Below are positions 28,006-41,765 of a DNA stretch of 64,000 nt, one piece after another. The translations under genes were made by a program, and so were the position numbers. The notes below the pieces were generated by a model. The model did not search any database and was not told where the DNA came from. It worked only from the letters and a program-made list of their open reading frames with translations. The stretch lies in the NCBI GenBank assembly GCA_012026655.1, contig JAAILG010001443.1:1-64000 (forward strand), read 5' to 3'. Source of the DNA: Hydrolagus affinis. Lineage: Eukaryota. Numbering within the stretch: the first letter of the stretch is position 1; each line of letters starts with the position of its first letter.

Positions 28006-29309
28006 TTGTGTTTCATGTCAGGAGGACGATCCAAATCATCCCACAATGAATTTAATCCCACAATGAATTTACCATGAGTATATTATAAATGAATAATACC
28101 TTCAAAGTAAAAGAATAGTTAAAACTTTTTGTTTCAAAACTACCAACTGTTTGAATTGTGTAAAAGGTTCGGCAATCCTATCCTGCCCCATTAGCTGGAA
28201 TCATGCAGCTAAACCACTTGAAAAAAATAGGTTTGGAAAATACAATATAACTATAACAAAATATAACATTTAAAATGAGATACACACACATAAACTCTGG
28301 ACATAGTTATTCAATGGCCTGGTTATAAAAAAAACCTTGTGTACTTACTGAAATTGCAACAGGTTGAGAAACTGATAATAAAATTCAGGTTTGTTCCCTT
28401 CTCCTGTCTACAAAATGAAACCAGCAACTTCCCAACTGCTGTAAAGTGATCTTCCAATTGTCAGCTGTGAAATTGATCCTTCCAGGTGGGAGTAATGCAG
28501 GGAGGTCAGGGGTTAAGCTCACAGCTACGATCCGTTGAATGAAAGAAAGAAAAGTTTACTCTAATCGTATTTGGCAGAGCAAGCGAGAAAGACTGTTATT
28601 GTGAGCTGGGCGTGGGTCAGGGCGGTGGAGGTGAAGGCTCATATCATTTCACATAGGAAAGTTTCATTTGCCGGAATACGAATCATTCTTAAAGGAGCGG
28701 TGGGGATAGGAACGAGAGAACAGAGGCTTGTTATTCGTTTCATCGCGATGCAGAAGTAAAACTGAAGCTCTGAAAAGGTGCTGAGTTTCCACATTCCAAA
28801 ATATGATAACAAATACCTGGGTTTCTACAGTCGCGGTGATTCAGAGCCTGAGAGCGGAGAATTTGACTGGAACTCCCTGTTCGGAATTGGTTGTTCAAGT
28901 GGCATCATGACTGTCAGGCCTGTTGGCACTGGTCCTGTGGTGAGGAACTTCAATTGCAGCATTTTAACCCATTAATCATCTGCTCCATGAACAACAGTGT
29001 TTCAGCTGCAATACACATGATCCAGAAGTGGTCTGAACAAGAGATAATAATAATAATAATAATAATCCTTGCATTTGATATTGCGCTTTCCACCTCTTAT
29101 CAACGTCCCAAAGCGCTTCACAGAATATACTGTAAAGTGAATTGACTGTATATATTTGTGGGCGAATCGTTGTGAGGGGAGGACTCAAAGGAATTCTCAC
29201 TTTTGGAAAGTTTGGGATTCAAATGCAATTCCTGAGAGAGTGAAAACACGTCTTAACTATAGGACCAATTGCAATATTAAGGGGATTGAATAATTCAAGA
29301 AATTCTAAA

Positions 29310-29660
29310 TATTAATCCTTACATTCGTTAAAGCACCCTCTACACGTTTTGGAGACTTCTCAAAGAGTTTCACAGAATATACTGTAAAGTGGATTGACTA
29401 AGTATTTTGTGGGTGAAACGTAGCAGGCTATTACACACAGCAGTGTCCTACAATCAGTCAAGGGTGACCACATTTTTTTTTGAGGGATTATTAGCCTCGA
29501 AAAGCAATCCGCCAATCCACTAACAACCAGCTTCAATGATTTTGTGAAACTGCTAGGTAACCAGAGGCGTGTGGAATTAGGAAGCTTCCACTCGCCTCTG
29601 AAACAAACCCAGGTCCTCTCATTTGCTTGAGGAGTGCACTCACCATTACACTACAGGATT
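29310..29660 (-). mobile_element. tRNA-SINE, longer-linker subfamily
   Basis: Reverse complement of the 41444-type element (gcctctggttacctagcag linker). Confidence 0.75.
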
Positions 29661-32600
29661 CGACAGCAGAAAGAGAGAATGCTCAACATGAACTGATTTA
29701 GCTGTGGGACGTGACATATACAAGGGTGTTGCCACCACTTTGCAAGCGTACCAAGATCAAGTCGTGAGGATCCAAAGTGAGGTGTGACACAATGCCTCCA
29801 ATCCAAGAGACAGGCAAAGTCTTACAAGTCTGCCCAGCCAACAGCTTGAGCTGTCAATTGGCCATATCGGCATGGAGACGGTCGGGAGGAATGCCTTTGA
29901 AAATATCGCGGGCCGCGCTATTAATCAGTTCAAATAAGTCTGAACCTCTAAAACGAACACCAGAAAGACACAGCAGGGCAGCTGGGAGAACATCCAGTTC
30001 AGACATCAAAGGCGTTTGGACTCAGGGTTATGTAAGCAATCAAGCTGAGGTTTTTACTTGACAATTTCCCTCTTCATTACAGAAGCTCATTCAAGCACCT
30101 TCTTCTCCCCATGAAAAATGGGATCAAGTGTTTTAGGCTTAAAGAATACGGAACATTTTCTAAATAACACAATGTAACTGAACTCAGATGTGCAGGTGTT
30201 TCTCTGGGCACAAACCCAGAGTGTTGTGTCTTGACTGCACATTTTGATAACATTTGTGCTTTTATTCGATGCACATTTTTTTTCATTCCCTCCGTTTGTT
30301 TCAAAGAAAAGCAAAACATTCCAACTCAAACTATTCTGGCCTCAAAATCGGCAGAGTTTGGAATATGCCCCATTAGAAAAAAAAACAAGTTTGTGAATAA
30401 CAAATACTTCGCTAGCCGCAAAGAATTTATAGTAAATTGAACTTCATGCCTTCTACACTGAAATAATACGTCCACAAAACGTACTTACTTAATCTCCCAC
30501 AAGGATCCAATGTAAAGGCTTTTGTCTACTGAAACTTTCAACAGACAAATGCAATGAGTTTTGCTTTGCAGGCCCATTTAAAAACCCTGAACCATGGGGG
30601 CAACTATCTGTAAATCAAAATATTACTTGTCAGTGTCAGTTTGGCTGAGTTGATAGTTGTTTTGCTTCACAGACATTCATTTCCCTGCTTTCATCTGCGG
30701 TTCAACCATATATAGGCGATGGGTAGCTCTGTACATCTCATCTTGTACACCAATGCACCTCTGTTGCTGTACTGTACACTATTAAACTTTCAGCTACATC
30801 CTGCAATGGGCTTCAGGTCAGTTTATCGCTCTTCTTCCGTTGGCAAATTGCTGATTAGTTGAGACTATGAAGTTCAATCACGTGCCGTCTGTTCTTTGCT
30901 TCTTTGCCAATTCCGTGCCAGCGCAACATATTGTCTCCTTGTGTCTGTGGCTCGCAATTCACCCTACAATACAATGAAAAACCTTTCGCGTCATTCTGTG
31001 CCACAAAAATAGAGGAAACTTTCCATCAATCTGGAAAAGCCTAATTCAGCCCATCTTGAGCTGTTTAATGTAAATTGGATTATTTTCATATGCAAGGGGG
31101 TTTAGAGGCCAAATGAGACTGCCTAGAAAACTAGTCCTCGGGCAAAAACAGAAAAGTCAGGGACTGTGATGGGCACGAGTGGTGTAATGTAATTATTCGG
31201 GTGTTGGGGGGATTTTGTTTCAGACAAGTTTTGAAAGTTAGCAGAAGTATAACATTCCCTGAAGTTGTCTTTCAAATAAATATGCCTCACGAGGGTTACA
31301 ACAACAAATTTCCACTTATATAGCACATTTTGCATCAGGAGAATAATAATAGTAACAATAATAATAATATAATAATACTTGCATTTGATATAGCACTTTT
31401 CACATCTTCTAGGTGTCTCAAAGCACTTCACGGAAGATACTCTAAAGTGAATTGACTGTACATTTTGTCGGTGAAACGCAGCAGCCAATTGCGCACAGCA
31501 GCGTCCCACAACAACATTTTCCACAAACAATCATATTGAATGGCCAAATTATTATTATACCCCAAGGTGTGAAACCTTGGTACCCCAGTAATGGAAGTTA
31601 TATGAACTATAAAATTATGTAATTCATATAAAATCAGCTGCCCATTTTGCCCCACAGATACACAGTCAATCCACCTCACAATATATCCCGTGAAGCATGT
31701 TTCAACGAGGTGAATCAAATGCGAGGAGTTATATCAAATATTAAAGAGTATCATTATGAAGAGAAAGACAAATAAAAACAACAACAACAAAGTCACATCT
31801 GTAGAGCACATTTCATGTCGGGCAAGGTGCTGGAACAACAATATTGAACAACAAAATTACATTCATAAAGCAAAAAAAAATGCTGTTCTCAAATCAGTTG
31901 CTCTCCAAGTCACAATTCAATAAATGGAAAGAACGCAGCAACATTTTAGATGTGGAACGGTACGCGCTGTTCGTGGTCTTCAGAATCTATTTTAACATCA
32001 GAAGCAGCGTAAATTACAATGATGATGCTACCTTACAAGTGGCTTGTGTGCAAGGATGTCGAAACAGGATCATTAAAAGTGCTTTTGAAACAAGGGTTTC
32101 ACGTCAAATGTTTTCAACCTCTCATTTCTTTCTTCAGTGGAAAATCTGCATCAAATTACTCGGATCCAATCATTCACTGGAAAAGATGTCAAGCATAGCC
32201 AAACAGGAAGCTTCCCTTGTAATGGAGACAGGATTTTTTTTGAAAATCAAAGAAAAAATAACTAAATGTCTTGTTCTGGTTCTCATTGAAATTCACCGAT
32301 CTGATTCCAGTTTCCCAACGACTTCCGATACCTAGGAAATTAGCTTGAGAGGAAAGCATTTTCGACACACTAAAGGGAGTTTCTCAACAATTGCCCAGAT
32401 AAAATTGATCATTCGTTTGTGGGATATTGCTAAACAAATTGGTCGCCGCGTTTGTCTACAAAATGCACAGCGACAATGCTTTAGCGTAAAGCCTGTGAAG
32501 CTCTTTGTTCCTCCCAACATGAAAGACATCATATCAAATGCAAGAATGATCATTTCTATTATATTTTATTACCAATATTATTTATTAAAAAGATAATTTG

Positions 32601-34181
32601 ATCACTCAATCCACGACTATTTGTGGGACACTGCTGTGCAAAATTGGCTGCCGCCTTTCACCCACAAACTGAATCAAATCACTTGACAGTGCAGTTTGTG
32701 AAACGCTTTGAGATGTCTCAGCACCGTGATAAGGCACTATACCAAATTAAAGGATTATTATTATTATATGCAGGATTTATTGCAATCGAAAACATGTTTA
32801 ATTTTCTCAATAGAGTAAGAATAGGCTCATTTAATTCTCAGACAAAGGTGAGCCAGAACTAGCCTTCTTGAAATATACACTGAATGCGTAATAAAAGTCA
32901 GATTTCCCCAGTGGGTAATAATCCGCACAGCCAAGCCTTTGATGTCTGCATTTTTCTTTTAAAAGTTGATGTTGAGCCCAGCAGTGAAGTGAATTGGGCC
33001 AGCCCACAGCACTTCAAAGTTACACTTTGAACAATCTCTCGGCTTTATCATCAAGTACCTTGCATTTTCTACAATGAATCATCAGTAAACAGTGTTTCTC
33101 CAATGCCATCCTTACAGCTCCGAGCATCTCCCTGCTGAAGTCCCCACAAGTTTGCACAATGAATCAAATACTTACTTATACGTTAAAAGGTCACAAGACT
33201 TTTGGGAAGGGGAGGGCACTGGAAAAGAGAAAAGGAGGGAATCGTATCAAAACTTGTCAAAAGTAGGTTAGGTAAATTGTAATTATAATGTGGACACTCA
33301 ATCCATGACTATTTGTGGGACACTTGATCAATTGGCTGCTGTGTTTCGCGTGCAAAATATACAGTCAATTCACTTTATGATATATTCTGTGAAGCGCTTT
33401 GAGAAGTCTCGAAGAGGTGATAAGGCGCTATATCGAATGCAAGGGTTATTATTATTTATTATTAGCAGCAAAGTGCAGTATCGTAGCTCTATATCCTGGA
33501 CAATCCCACCCTGTCCAGCCACTGAGATAGTGCAGTGTAAATCTGGAGTGAGGAAGTGAATGGGGTCAGAGCAGAGCACTGATTTGGCGGGTGGTTTTAG
33601 GAGTACGCACCGTACAGTACTTAAATTTGCAGTATGAATACAGCTGTGCGAATGGAGTCCACTTCCACCATGGGTGGTCAGAGAATTCATTTTAATTTCA
33701 GTGAAGTTGGTTAGGCAGCCTTCCCTCCAATGAAAATTTAAAGTTCTAACTCCTGATTTCAGCCTGACTGCTGTGAATGTGCTGAACTCGGATCTCAGTT
33801 TTTTTTTGTTGCAACAGTCCCTAAGCGATGCAATAAGGAGCAGGAATTATAACACGTCTCTGCTACTGGAAACAGCGTAGCTTCTCTTCCAGATCCATAA
33901 ACAGGACATTAGCGGCTGCAGCTGGTGATTTCCTTATACAGTAATGTCATCTTGGCTTCATTGGTAACATATTTGTGTCAGGGTCAGAAGATTCTGTGCT
34001 CAATCCCCACAATAGGATTATCCAGTTCACAGCTCAGGCTGACACTCCAGCACAGAATTGGGGTTACACTACATTGTCAGAGGTACCGTCTTCGTGATGA
34101 AATGTTAAACTGAGGTCCAATGCCCTTGGGAATCCATTCAAAAGAGAACTTTCTTCCCGTGTCCTTGGCAGTCCCCCCATG

Positions 34182-34511
34182 TAATAATAATAATAATAAT
34201 AATCCTTGCATTTGATATAGCGCTTTTCATGTCTTCTGGACGTCTCAAAGCACTTTACAGAATATACTGTAAAGTGAATTGACTGTATATTTGTGGCGAA
34301 ATGCGGCAGCTAATTGCGCACAGCAGTATCCCACAAAAAGTCGTGAATTGTAATGACCAATTTTATTATTGTGGTTTTTTTTGAGCAATTATTGTTAGGC
34401 GTGTGGCCTAAGGAAACTTGCCCAAGGTTTCGCCCTGCCCAGGCTGGATTCGAACACAGGTCTCATGCTTATAAAGTAAGTGCTCTAACCACTGAGGTAC
34501 AGGACTCCACA
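34182..34511 (-). mobile_element. Full-length tRNA-derived SINE
   Basis: Complete reverse-complement copy from gtggagtcctgt to (ATT)n. Confidence 0.9.
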
Positions 34512-35507
34512 AATTAATTTGACATTCACTTGCCTGGCTGATTTTTTTTTGGTCAGCCGGGTGTCTGAACGTGCTCAAACCAGAACGTCACTGTGCTGAA
34601 GAGGATCCAAACCAAACTGAGAATTTCATGCATCCCACCTCCACATGAAAATTCTGGCGATAGATTGGAGAAGACTGTTTGTGGGGCACTGCCGTGTGCA
34701 AATTGGCTGCCGCGTTTGCCTACAAATACACAGCCAATACACTTTACGGTAATCTCAAGCTCTTTGAGACAATGATGACATGAAAAGGTGCTCTATCAAA
34801 TCAATGATTATTCTTAAATTATTATTAAACATCCATCACCGGACAAAAGAAGCCATATAAAATCCTACATGCAAACAACAAATCGCAACGCCAGGGAGGA
34901 GCAGACGATCACACAATTATCTAATTGTTGCACTGCACGAATGATCTATCCATCTGCCACTGTGATGCAATAAAAATCAATGTGGTTCTAGCCAGCTGTT
35001 CGGATAGTAAGACTTGATTTCACCATTAAAAGCAATTCAAAACATTGCTCAGTATGAATCAGATCAATATCAATTCCCTTGCTCTTTTGGAAAGCTATTA
35101 TTTAGCCAAATATAACAAGGCATGGTATGTAGTAATAGACTGGTTTCAGGCAGTAGTAGACCGTTGGGCCATTTAACTACCCATCCAACCTTCCCAAACA
35201 CTCCTTGACATATGCATCTGATAGTTTTACAGGAACTTATCTTGTTTCATTGTGAAGCCCTTTATAGTTTCTCATTCCTCATACCCGTCGAACCTTTGTC
35301 TTTTAAAAAAAAACCTTTTGCCTTGAAACCTACTTTTGTTTAAAGATATTTTGGGGGAAGCCAGGTGTCTGACATATGCAGAAACCTAGCATAATGGTAT
35401 CTCCATGCCAAACTGAACTGAGAGTTCCACATATGTTTCAGCGCTTTGGGATGTCCTCCCAATGTGAAAGGTGCTTTATAAATGCAATTTTGTTATTGTT
35501 TGTTGTA

Positions 35508-35810
35508 TGTGGTAAGAGCACTCGCCTTACAATTGTGAGACGTGTGTTCTAATCCAGGCAGGTCAGGGCGAAACTTTTGGCAAGTTTCCTTACTCTACAC
35601 ACCTAATAATAATCCGTCCAAAAAAACACAATAATAAAATTGGTCATTTTAAATCCATGACTGTTTGTGGGACACCTGCTGTGCGCAGTTGGCTGCTGCG
35701 TTTCGCCCACAAATATACAGTCAATTCACTTTTCAGTAATTCTGTGAAGTGCTTTGAGACGTCGATAAGATGTGAAAAGAGCTACATCAAAGGCAAGGAT
35801 TATTATTATT
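35508..35810 (+). mobile_element. tRNA-derived SINE after an L2 tail
   Basis: Family head, body and tail. Confidence 0.88.
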
Positions 35811-37256
35811 ATGTTTACAATGTACACATTGCAAATTTGTATGGAATACAAATCTCACTCTCTTCTTGGAGGACCAAACCCTGCTTACCCTAATTCAGGA
35901 GAGCATTCAGTGCAAGTTAACCACACCGTTGAGGACCCAAAAGTGTGCATTGAGGTTTACTGCTGGAGTTTAACCAGCTAAAATCCCATAGTTTGCTATT
36001 GAAAACACTGTCTAGCAAACTCTCCAGCTAGGACCACACTGGCCATTAGGACTTTGGCTTGCAGAGTTGGGAGTGGCGCGGGAGTCAAATCGGAAATACT
36101 TCATGTCGAAAATACTGTGAAAGGTTTTTCTTCTCCTTTCAAGGCCGAGGACAAAACAAAACCCCTGATCACAATGGAGTTCAACTATTTGGTCAATTGC
36201 CTTGTTCCGAAATTAGTTCCTTCAGATCCAGGGTTGGCGGCCCTCGTGGAAACATATGATACTATTTTGTGGACACCAATAGAACCAATGCTTCCCTCGC
36301 AGCAAAGACATTGAAAATGTGTTCTTCATTTAGCCCTTTAGGATAACACAGTATTATTTATCTCAGTCCTTAATAACCATGATTGCCACGACCTGTACAT
36401 TGATTCCTTTATGTTCCATAGTTGCTTCTATGGCCAATTGGTTGAACAGTTCTGCCCACTCTCCCTGTTGGACAGTGAGCCGATGCTTTGTGTCAATCAC
36501 AATTATCTGGCTAAGCATCAGCCAAGCCGACACTGAGACTGGAACACGAAATTACCCGCTGTGCTGCAAAAACAACAATGAAAAATTGGACACCATCCAT
36601 TTTCGTTTTAAAAATAAAGTTGCTGGAATTCCAACCATAAGCCAGTGATCACATCCTGTGTCCAAAGAAAACCCATGGCTGTTTGTGTGACACTACTGCG
36701 CACAATTGACTGTATTTTATAGGTGAACATGACAGCTAATTTGCACAGAGGAATGTCCCATGAACAGCCATGAGGTGAATGACTATTTGGCAAACTGTTG
36801 GCCAGGACACCAGGACAAACTCCTTTCTCTTTGCAAACTCGTACCGTGGGATATTTAACATTCAGCTAAAGGCCAAAACAGTTTAATCTATCAAGATTGA
36901 CTTTAAATGCTCATTTACTGTTGTCTGCCACCTGAGTCCTAGCCATTGTAATGCACAAATGGAAACCAAATCAACCCACTCATAATATATATATATATAT
37001 ATACATATAATACATATACACACACCTCTCTTTAAATAGAATCCATCTGTGCAGGTTTCAATACATTTGGAATCAATTACTGTCTAAAAAAAAATTCGTG
37101 TAAAGCAGGTACTGCAAAATCATCAATTAACAGTGAGACTGGGAGGCACTTAGCTCAACTGAGTGTTTTCTGAAGACTTCTGGCTTACTCAAGTAATTCT
37201 GACTTGCAGTAGGACAGACTTTAGAAAGGTGTCTCGATCCGGAGATAAACGCCTCA

Positions 37257-37356
37257 NNNNNNNNNNNNNNNNNNNNNNNNNNNNNNNNNNNNNNNNNNNN
37301 NNNNNNNNNNNNNNNNNNNNNNNNNNNNNNNNNNNNNNNNNNNNNNNNNNNNNNNN
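37257..37356. other. Assembly gap (100 N) abutting a SINE 3' half (37357-37528)
   Basis: Run of exactly 100 n, probably a placeholder of unknown size. Confidence 0.99.
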
Positions 37357-37894
37357 ACGACTGTGTGTGGGACACTGCTGTGCGCAATTGGCTGCCGCGA
37401 TTCGCCCACAAATATATACAGTCAATTCACTTTACAGTCTATTCTGTGAAGCGCTTTGGGACGTTGATAAGATGTGGAAAGCGCTATATCAAATGCAAGG
37501 ATTATTATTATTATTATTATTATTATTGCCATGATCACGTTTTTTCTTTATAAATCCAATAAAAATGGGTGAAAACAGCCAAAAATCACAGACAGTTTTT
37601 GTGGAGGAGCAAGTTAGCCATAGAGGATGGCAGTGATTCAGAAACACAAGGTTAGCTGCACAGAGATCCAGAGGTAAACTTGTGAACAAGGTAACAATGT
37701 CCTGGAAGTGTGAGGGAATGTGGAGGCACACAGAGCCAATGCCCAAAGTCCCCAGGCTGTATTAGGCCTGTAGAGGGGAAAGTGGATGAAGAGGATTAAA
37801 TTTTGCCCCCTTTAAGCTTCTTTAGTATTTTACATAACTGTGCCCTTCGCTAAATTGCCTGCCACAGTGTAGAATACCCACCAGTTCTTCAACT

Positions 37895-38286
37895 GTACAG
37901 CTTCACTTTCAAGGCCCTCCACAGCCTTGCTCACTCCTATCTCCCTGACTTACTGACCCACTATTAATCTGACCACTGCCTCCATTCAGCGGGCTCTGGT
38001 CAGTTTCCTGCCCGACCCGCCCTACTATCAGCGGCCAGGCCTTCAGCCTCTCTGTCCCCACAGTTTGGAACTTTATTCCACAATAATTTCGCTTTGCTCC
38101 CTCTCTTGCCTCCTTCAAGGCCGGTCTTAAGACCCTCCTCTTCAGCCATGCCTTCAGTCGCCCTCCTATCTCTCTGCCCTCCCTTGTTGCAACCCTAGCC
38201 GCCTCCTCCCCCCCCACTTCCCACCCCGCTAGTTCAGTGTCTTCCCGACATGAAAGGTGCTCTACAAATGTAATTTTGTTGTTGTT
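37895..38286 (+). mobile_element. L2 LINE 3' fragment
   Basis: ttcaaggccctccacagccttgc...ggccaggccttcagc...ttcaaggccggtcttaagaccctcctcttc, followed by tail tgaaaggtgctctacaaatgtaattttgttgttg. Confidence 0.85.
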
Positions 38287-38834
38287 AGAATCAATCAGAC
38301 ATCTACATAGTGCAGGAAACTTATCACAGAAGGGGCTAAGAAAACAGGTACTGTACAATTGTAATAAAAGTTTCTTTTTGAAAAAGGCACAGAGAAAATC
38401 TACTTTGAAAGAAGTCTCAATTCCAAGCATTGACATATAAAGTCAGAGGACCAACCTGCTCTGAAGGGTTCATCAATAGAAATGACGTGATTACTATGCA
38501 AGAGAAAATGAGACAGGTTTATTAAAGCCTACCTTCTACAGAGTGTTTTTGTTTCACTTCCACATTAAGTTCCATTTATGTTTTGGATTGCTATATTGCA
38601 GCTTGTGAGCTACCACTGATCTATGAGGTTACAGTTATGCCACAAGACAAAACTGTTGCCAAGGATACTTAGAAACTGCAAGCTCAGCTGTTACAGATAG
38701 GCAACTAATGGGAAGCCAGTGCGTTCTTTTTTGTTCATCTGCAAAAGCCAAACTTTGCAATAAACCAAGAGAGGTTGTTTTACATGTGGATTTGTTCTAC
38801 TGGAACGGTAGCAATAAGAGAAACAAGAAATATT

Positions 38835-39270
38835 ATTGTTATTATAATTCTTATGTTTCACATAGCGCCTTTCATATCGTGAGGTTGGCTCACAGCGTTC
38901 CACAGGTTTAACATAAAGCGTACTGACTGTATTTTGTAGGCAAATGGGGAAGCTAAATTGCACATAGCAATGTACCACAAACAGCTATGAAGTGAATCAC
39001 CAATTTGATCTGGGGGATGATTGGCCAGGACATTGGAAGAAATTGACTTCTCTTTGTCAATAGTGTCCTGGGATCTTTAATGTCCACCTGACCAGGCAGG
39101 TGGGACCTCAGTTTCAAATGACAGAATCTCCAACAATGCAGAGCAACTCTAGCACCATATCATTGGAGCGTCAGTCTAGACCGTATGAGTTCAAAATCCT
39201 GAAGTGGAGCTTGAACCCACAACCTTATGACTCAGAGGCGAGTGTACTGGCAAATAAGTTAAGCTGACAA
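38835..39270 (-). mobile_element. Older DeuSINE-like element
   Basis: Reverse complement: cttgaacccacaaccttatgactcagaggc...gggatctttaatgtccacctga...gccaggaca. Confidence 0.75.
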
Positions 39271-40004
39271 CAAAGGAACGTTGACCGTTTTACTGAAGGT
39301 CCTGCGTTCTAGTGTCAGGTGAGATCGCAAGTGTTCAAATTTCGGCAGAGTTCAGAGTTCTGTTCTCCCTTGTGCAACACGCCCGTTTGGAACAGCGCAT
39401 CGATTGGGAATAAAAGGTTCATAGAATTGACAGAATCAACCCCAACTTGTAGTATCAATGGATCATCATCACATACAATGCATGATTTCAGATCCTCAAT
39501 AAAATATCTGCCCACGGCACAGCATGGATGCTTGACCCGATGAGCTGGATGCCTTCTCATGTGCTGTAAATTTCTAACAAAAGATTCTATAAGGTTTCAA
39601 GCATTTCTTCCCACTTGACTTCTTAAGCAATAGATTTAAGCCACGTTCTGACCACTTTGTACCTGCCTGGGTTTTCATGTGCTGCAGGAAGCATTAAACT
39701 ACCATCCGATTGAGTCACAGAGACCCTTGTGTGGCACACATTAATCAGATGAGTGTTTCCATTTAATCAGATCTTTCACATAAAAGATCAGCAAGAACCA
39801 TTAACCTCTTGAGTTGAGGGCAACGTTCTGTTTCTAGGAAAACAACTGATTCAATCCAATGCAGTTGTGAAAGGTAACTTCCAGTGACTTGACTGCTGTG
39901 GCTGAATTGTCACTCTACAGAGAGATTATCTCTTACGTGTTCACTGTTTTGCATGCAGTGGATAAAAAAATATGTATTTAATGCATTCTATCATCATTTG
40001 ATGG

Positions 40005-40420
40005 TCTGAGTAATTGGTAGCACTCTTGTCTCTGAAGAAGAAGGCTGTGAGTTCAAGTGTCATGTCAGGACTAAGCTGACACTCCAATGCAGCACTGGGG
40101 GACTGCTGAATTGTCAGAGGTGCTGTTTTTCAAATAAGATGTTAAATCGAAGGTCCTGTCTGCTAGTTCGAGTGGATCAAAAGATTGATCAAAAATCCCA
40201 TTGCACTATTTGAAAAGAGAAGGAAGTTTCTCCCGCCGTCCTGGCCAACAATGAAATCAGTCATTCATTTCATGGCTGTTTGTGGGACATTGCTGTGCGC
40301 AAATTGCCTGCTGAATTCACCTACAAAATACAGTCACTACACTTATCAGTATATAATCTGCGAAGTGCTTGGAGACATCTTGATGATGTGATGATGCATA
40401 TCAAAAGCAAAGGCTATTAT
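40005..40420 (+). mobile_element. Older DeuSINE-like element (further copies ~5670-5980, 33950-34175, 46105-46940, 49860-50280, 53350-53720, 58930-59250)
   Basis: ggtagcactcttgtctctga...gctgacactccaatgcagcactg...ggctgtttgtgggacattgctgtgcgcaaattg. Confidence 0.75.
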
Positions 40421-41443
40421 ATATTGAATTCATAGGCATAAAATGGTATATGATTAGGCAACATCATTAGTAGGTTAGAGAGGCTAGGAATGAGATAATT
40501 TAAGCATGACAAAACCTTCAGATGGTGGCTTCAAATCCCAGCAAACGTAACATTATGCATGATTGTATTTATTAATCTAGGCTGGCTGTTTAATGAGAGA
40601 ATGCATGGGCCACATTGGAACAGAGCACAGCTGCATGTGAGGTTGTATCAACAATAAGAATATAATGATAAGATACATTTATATGGCGCCTTTCAGATGA
40701 AAGAAATGCCTCAAAGTGCCACAGAGTGAGATCATTAGGACTGAAAGTGATATGTTGTTAAGGAGGCAAAATGGGGTGGCTGATTTGCGCCAGGGATGTT
40801 CTACAAGATACAAGAATAATTTGATTTTGCATCTCTAATGTCAAACCATTTCAAAGCGCTTCACATGTAATTGCTGTCAAGCTCAGTAACTATGTGCTTG
40901 TAAGTGAAAATGAAATAGCCAACATATTGTATAAAGGAATGTACATGGAAGAAAAAGGCAAGATAACTAGATTCAGAGCCTTGGCAGCCTTTGTGTTTGC
41001 TCAGTACTGACAGTAGCCCCACCTCAGATCCAGAGTCCTGGAGTGCTAAGATATCAAAATAAACAGTCGTGACTTTCTGCAATGCAAACATAGTGATATG
41101 ACTGACCAAAATGAAAGGCTTCCCAAGATACAGTCGACCAGACATTGCACATTGAAGGTCATGATCGAAATTGCACATCTAATTTGGAAAGAACCAGGCT
41201 GCTTACCACATACTTTAATTGCATATCACAGTCAGAATAATAACCTTCTTTACTTTACTCTTGAATTACTCAGCTAGTGATTTTACCCCATGTATGATTA
41301 AGCTTCCCATCGCAATGAAAGAATCACTTCCTAATTCATAGTGTCTGTCTGTATCTTGCAATTTGTAGTCTATTTTAGTACCTTTTTCAAGTGCCACCCA
41401 CTTAGGTCACTGGACTGAGAACTGGTGTTATTTCATATTTATT

Positions 41444-41765
41444 GTGAAGCCCTGTAATGTATTGGTTAGAGCACTCGCTTCACAAGTGAGAGGACCCAGG
41501 TTCGATTCCTAGGTGGAACAAAACATTAGGTAAGTTTCCTTACTTCACACGCCTCTGTTTACCTAGCAATAAGCAGGAACCCAGTTGTTATTCAATTAGC
41601 AGATAACTTTTTTAAAAATGATACAATAAATAATTTGGTCACTCAATCCACAACTGTTTCACCCATAAAATATGCAGTCAATTCACTTTACAGCGCATTC
41701 TGTGGAGCGCTTTGAGACGTCTCAAAGACGCATTATGGGGCAAAAGAAAGGCAAAGATTATTATT
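41444..41765 (+). mobile_element. tRNA-SINE, longer-linker subfamily (related copy at ~11197-11525)
   Basis: Head ggttagagcactcgc...ggttcgattcc, linker gcctctgtttacctagcaataagcaggaacc, family tail. Confidence 0.8.

Noticed and set aside
31844-32335. 163-aa ORF
   Set aside because: AT-rich with no recognisable motif or convincing splice context; likely chance.
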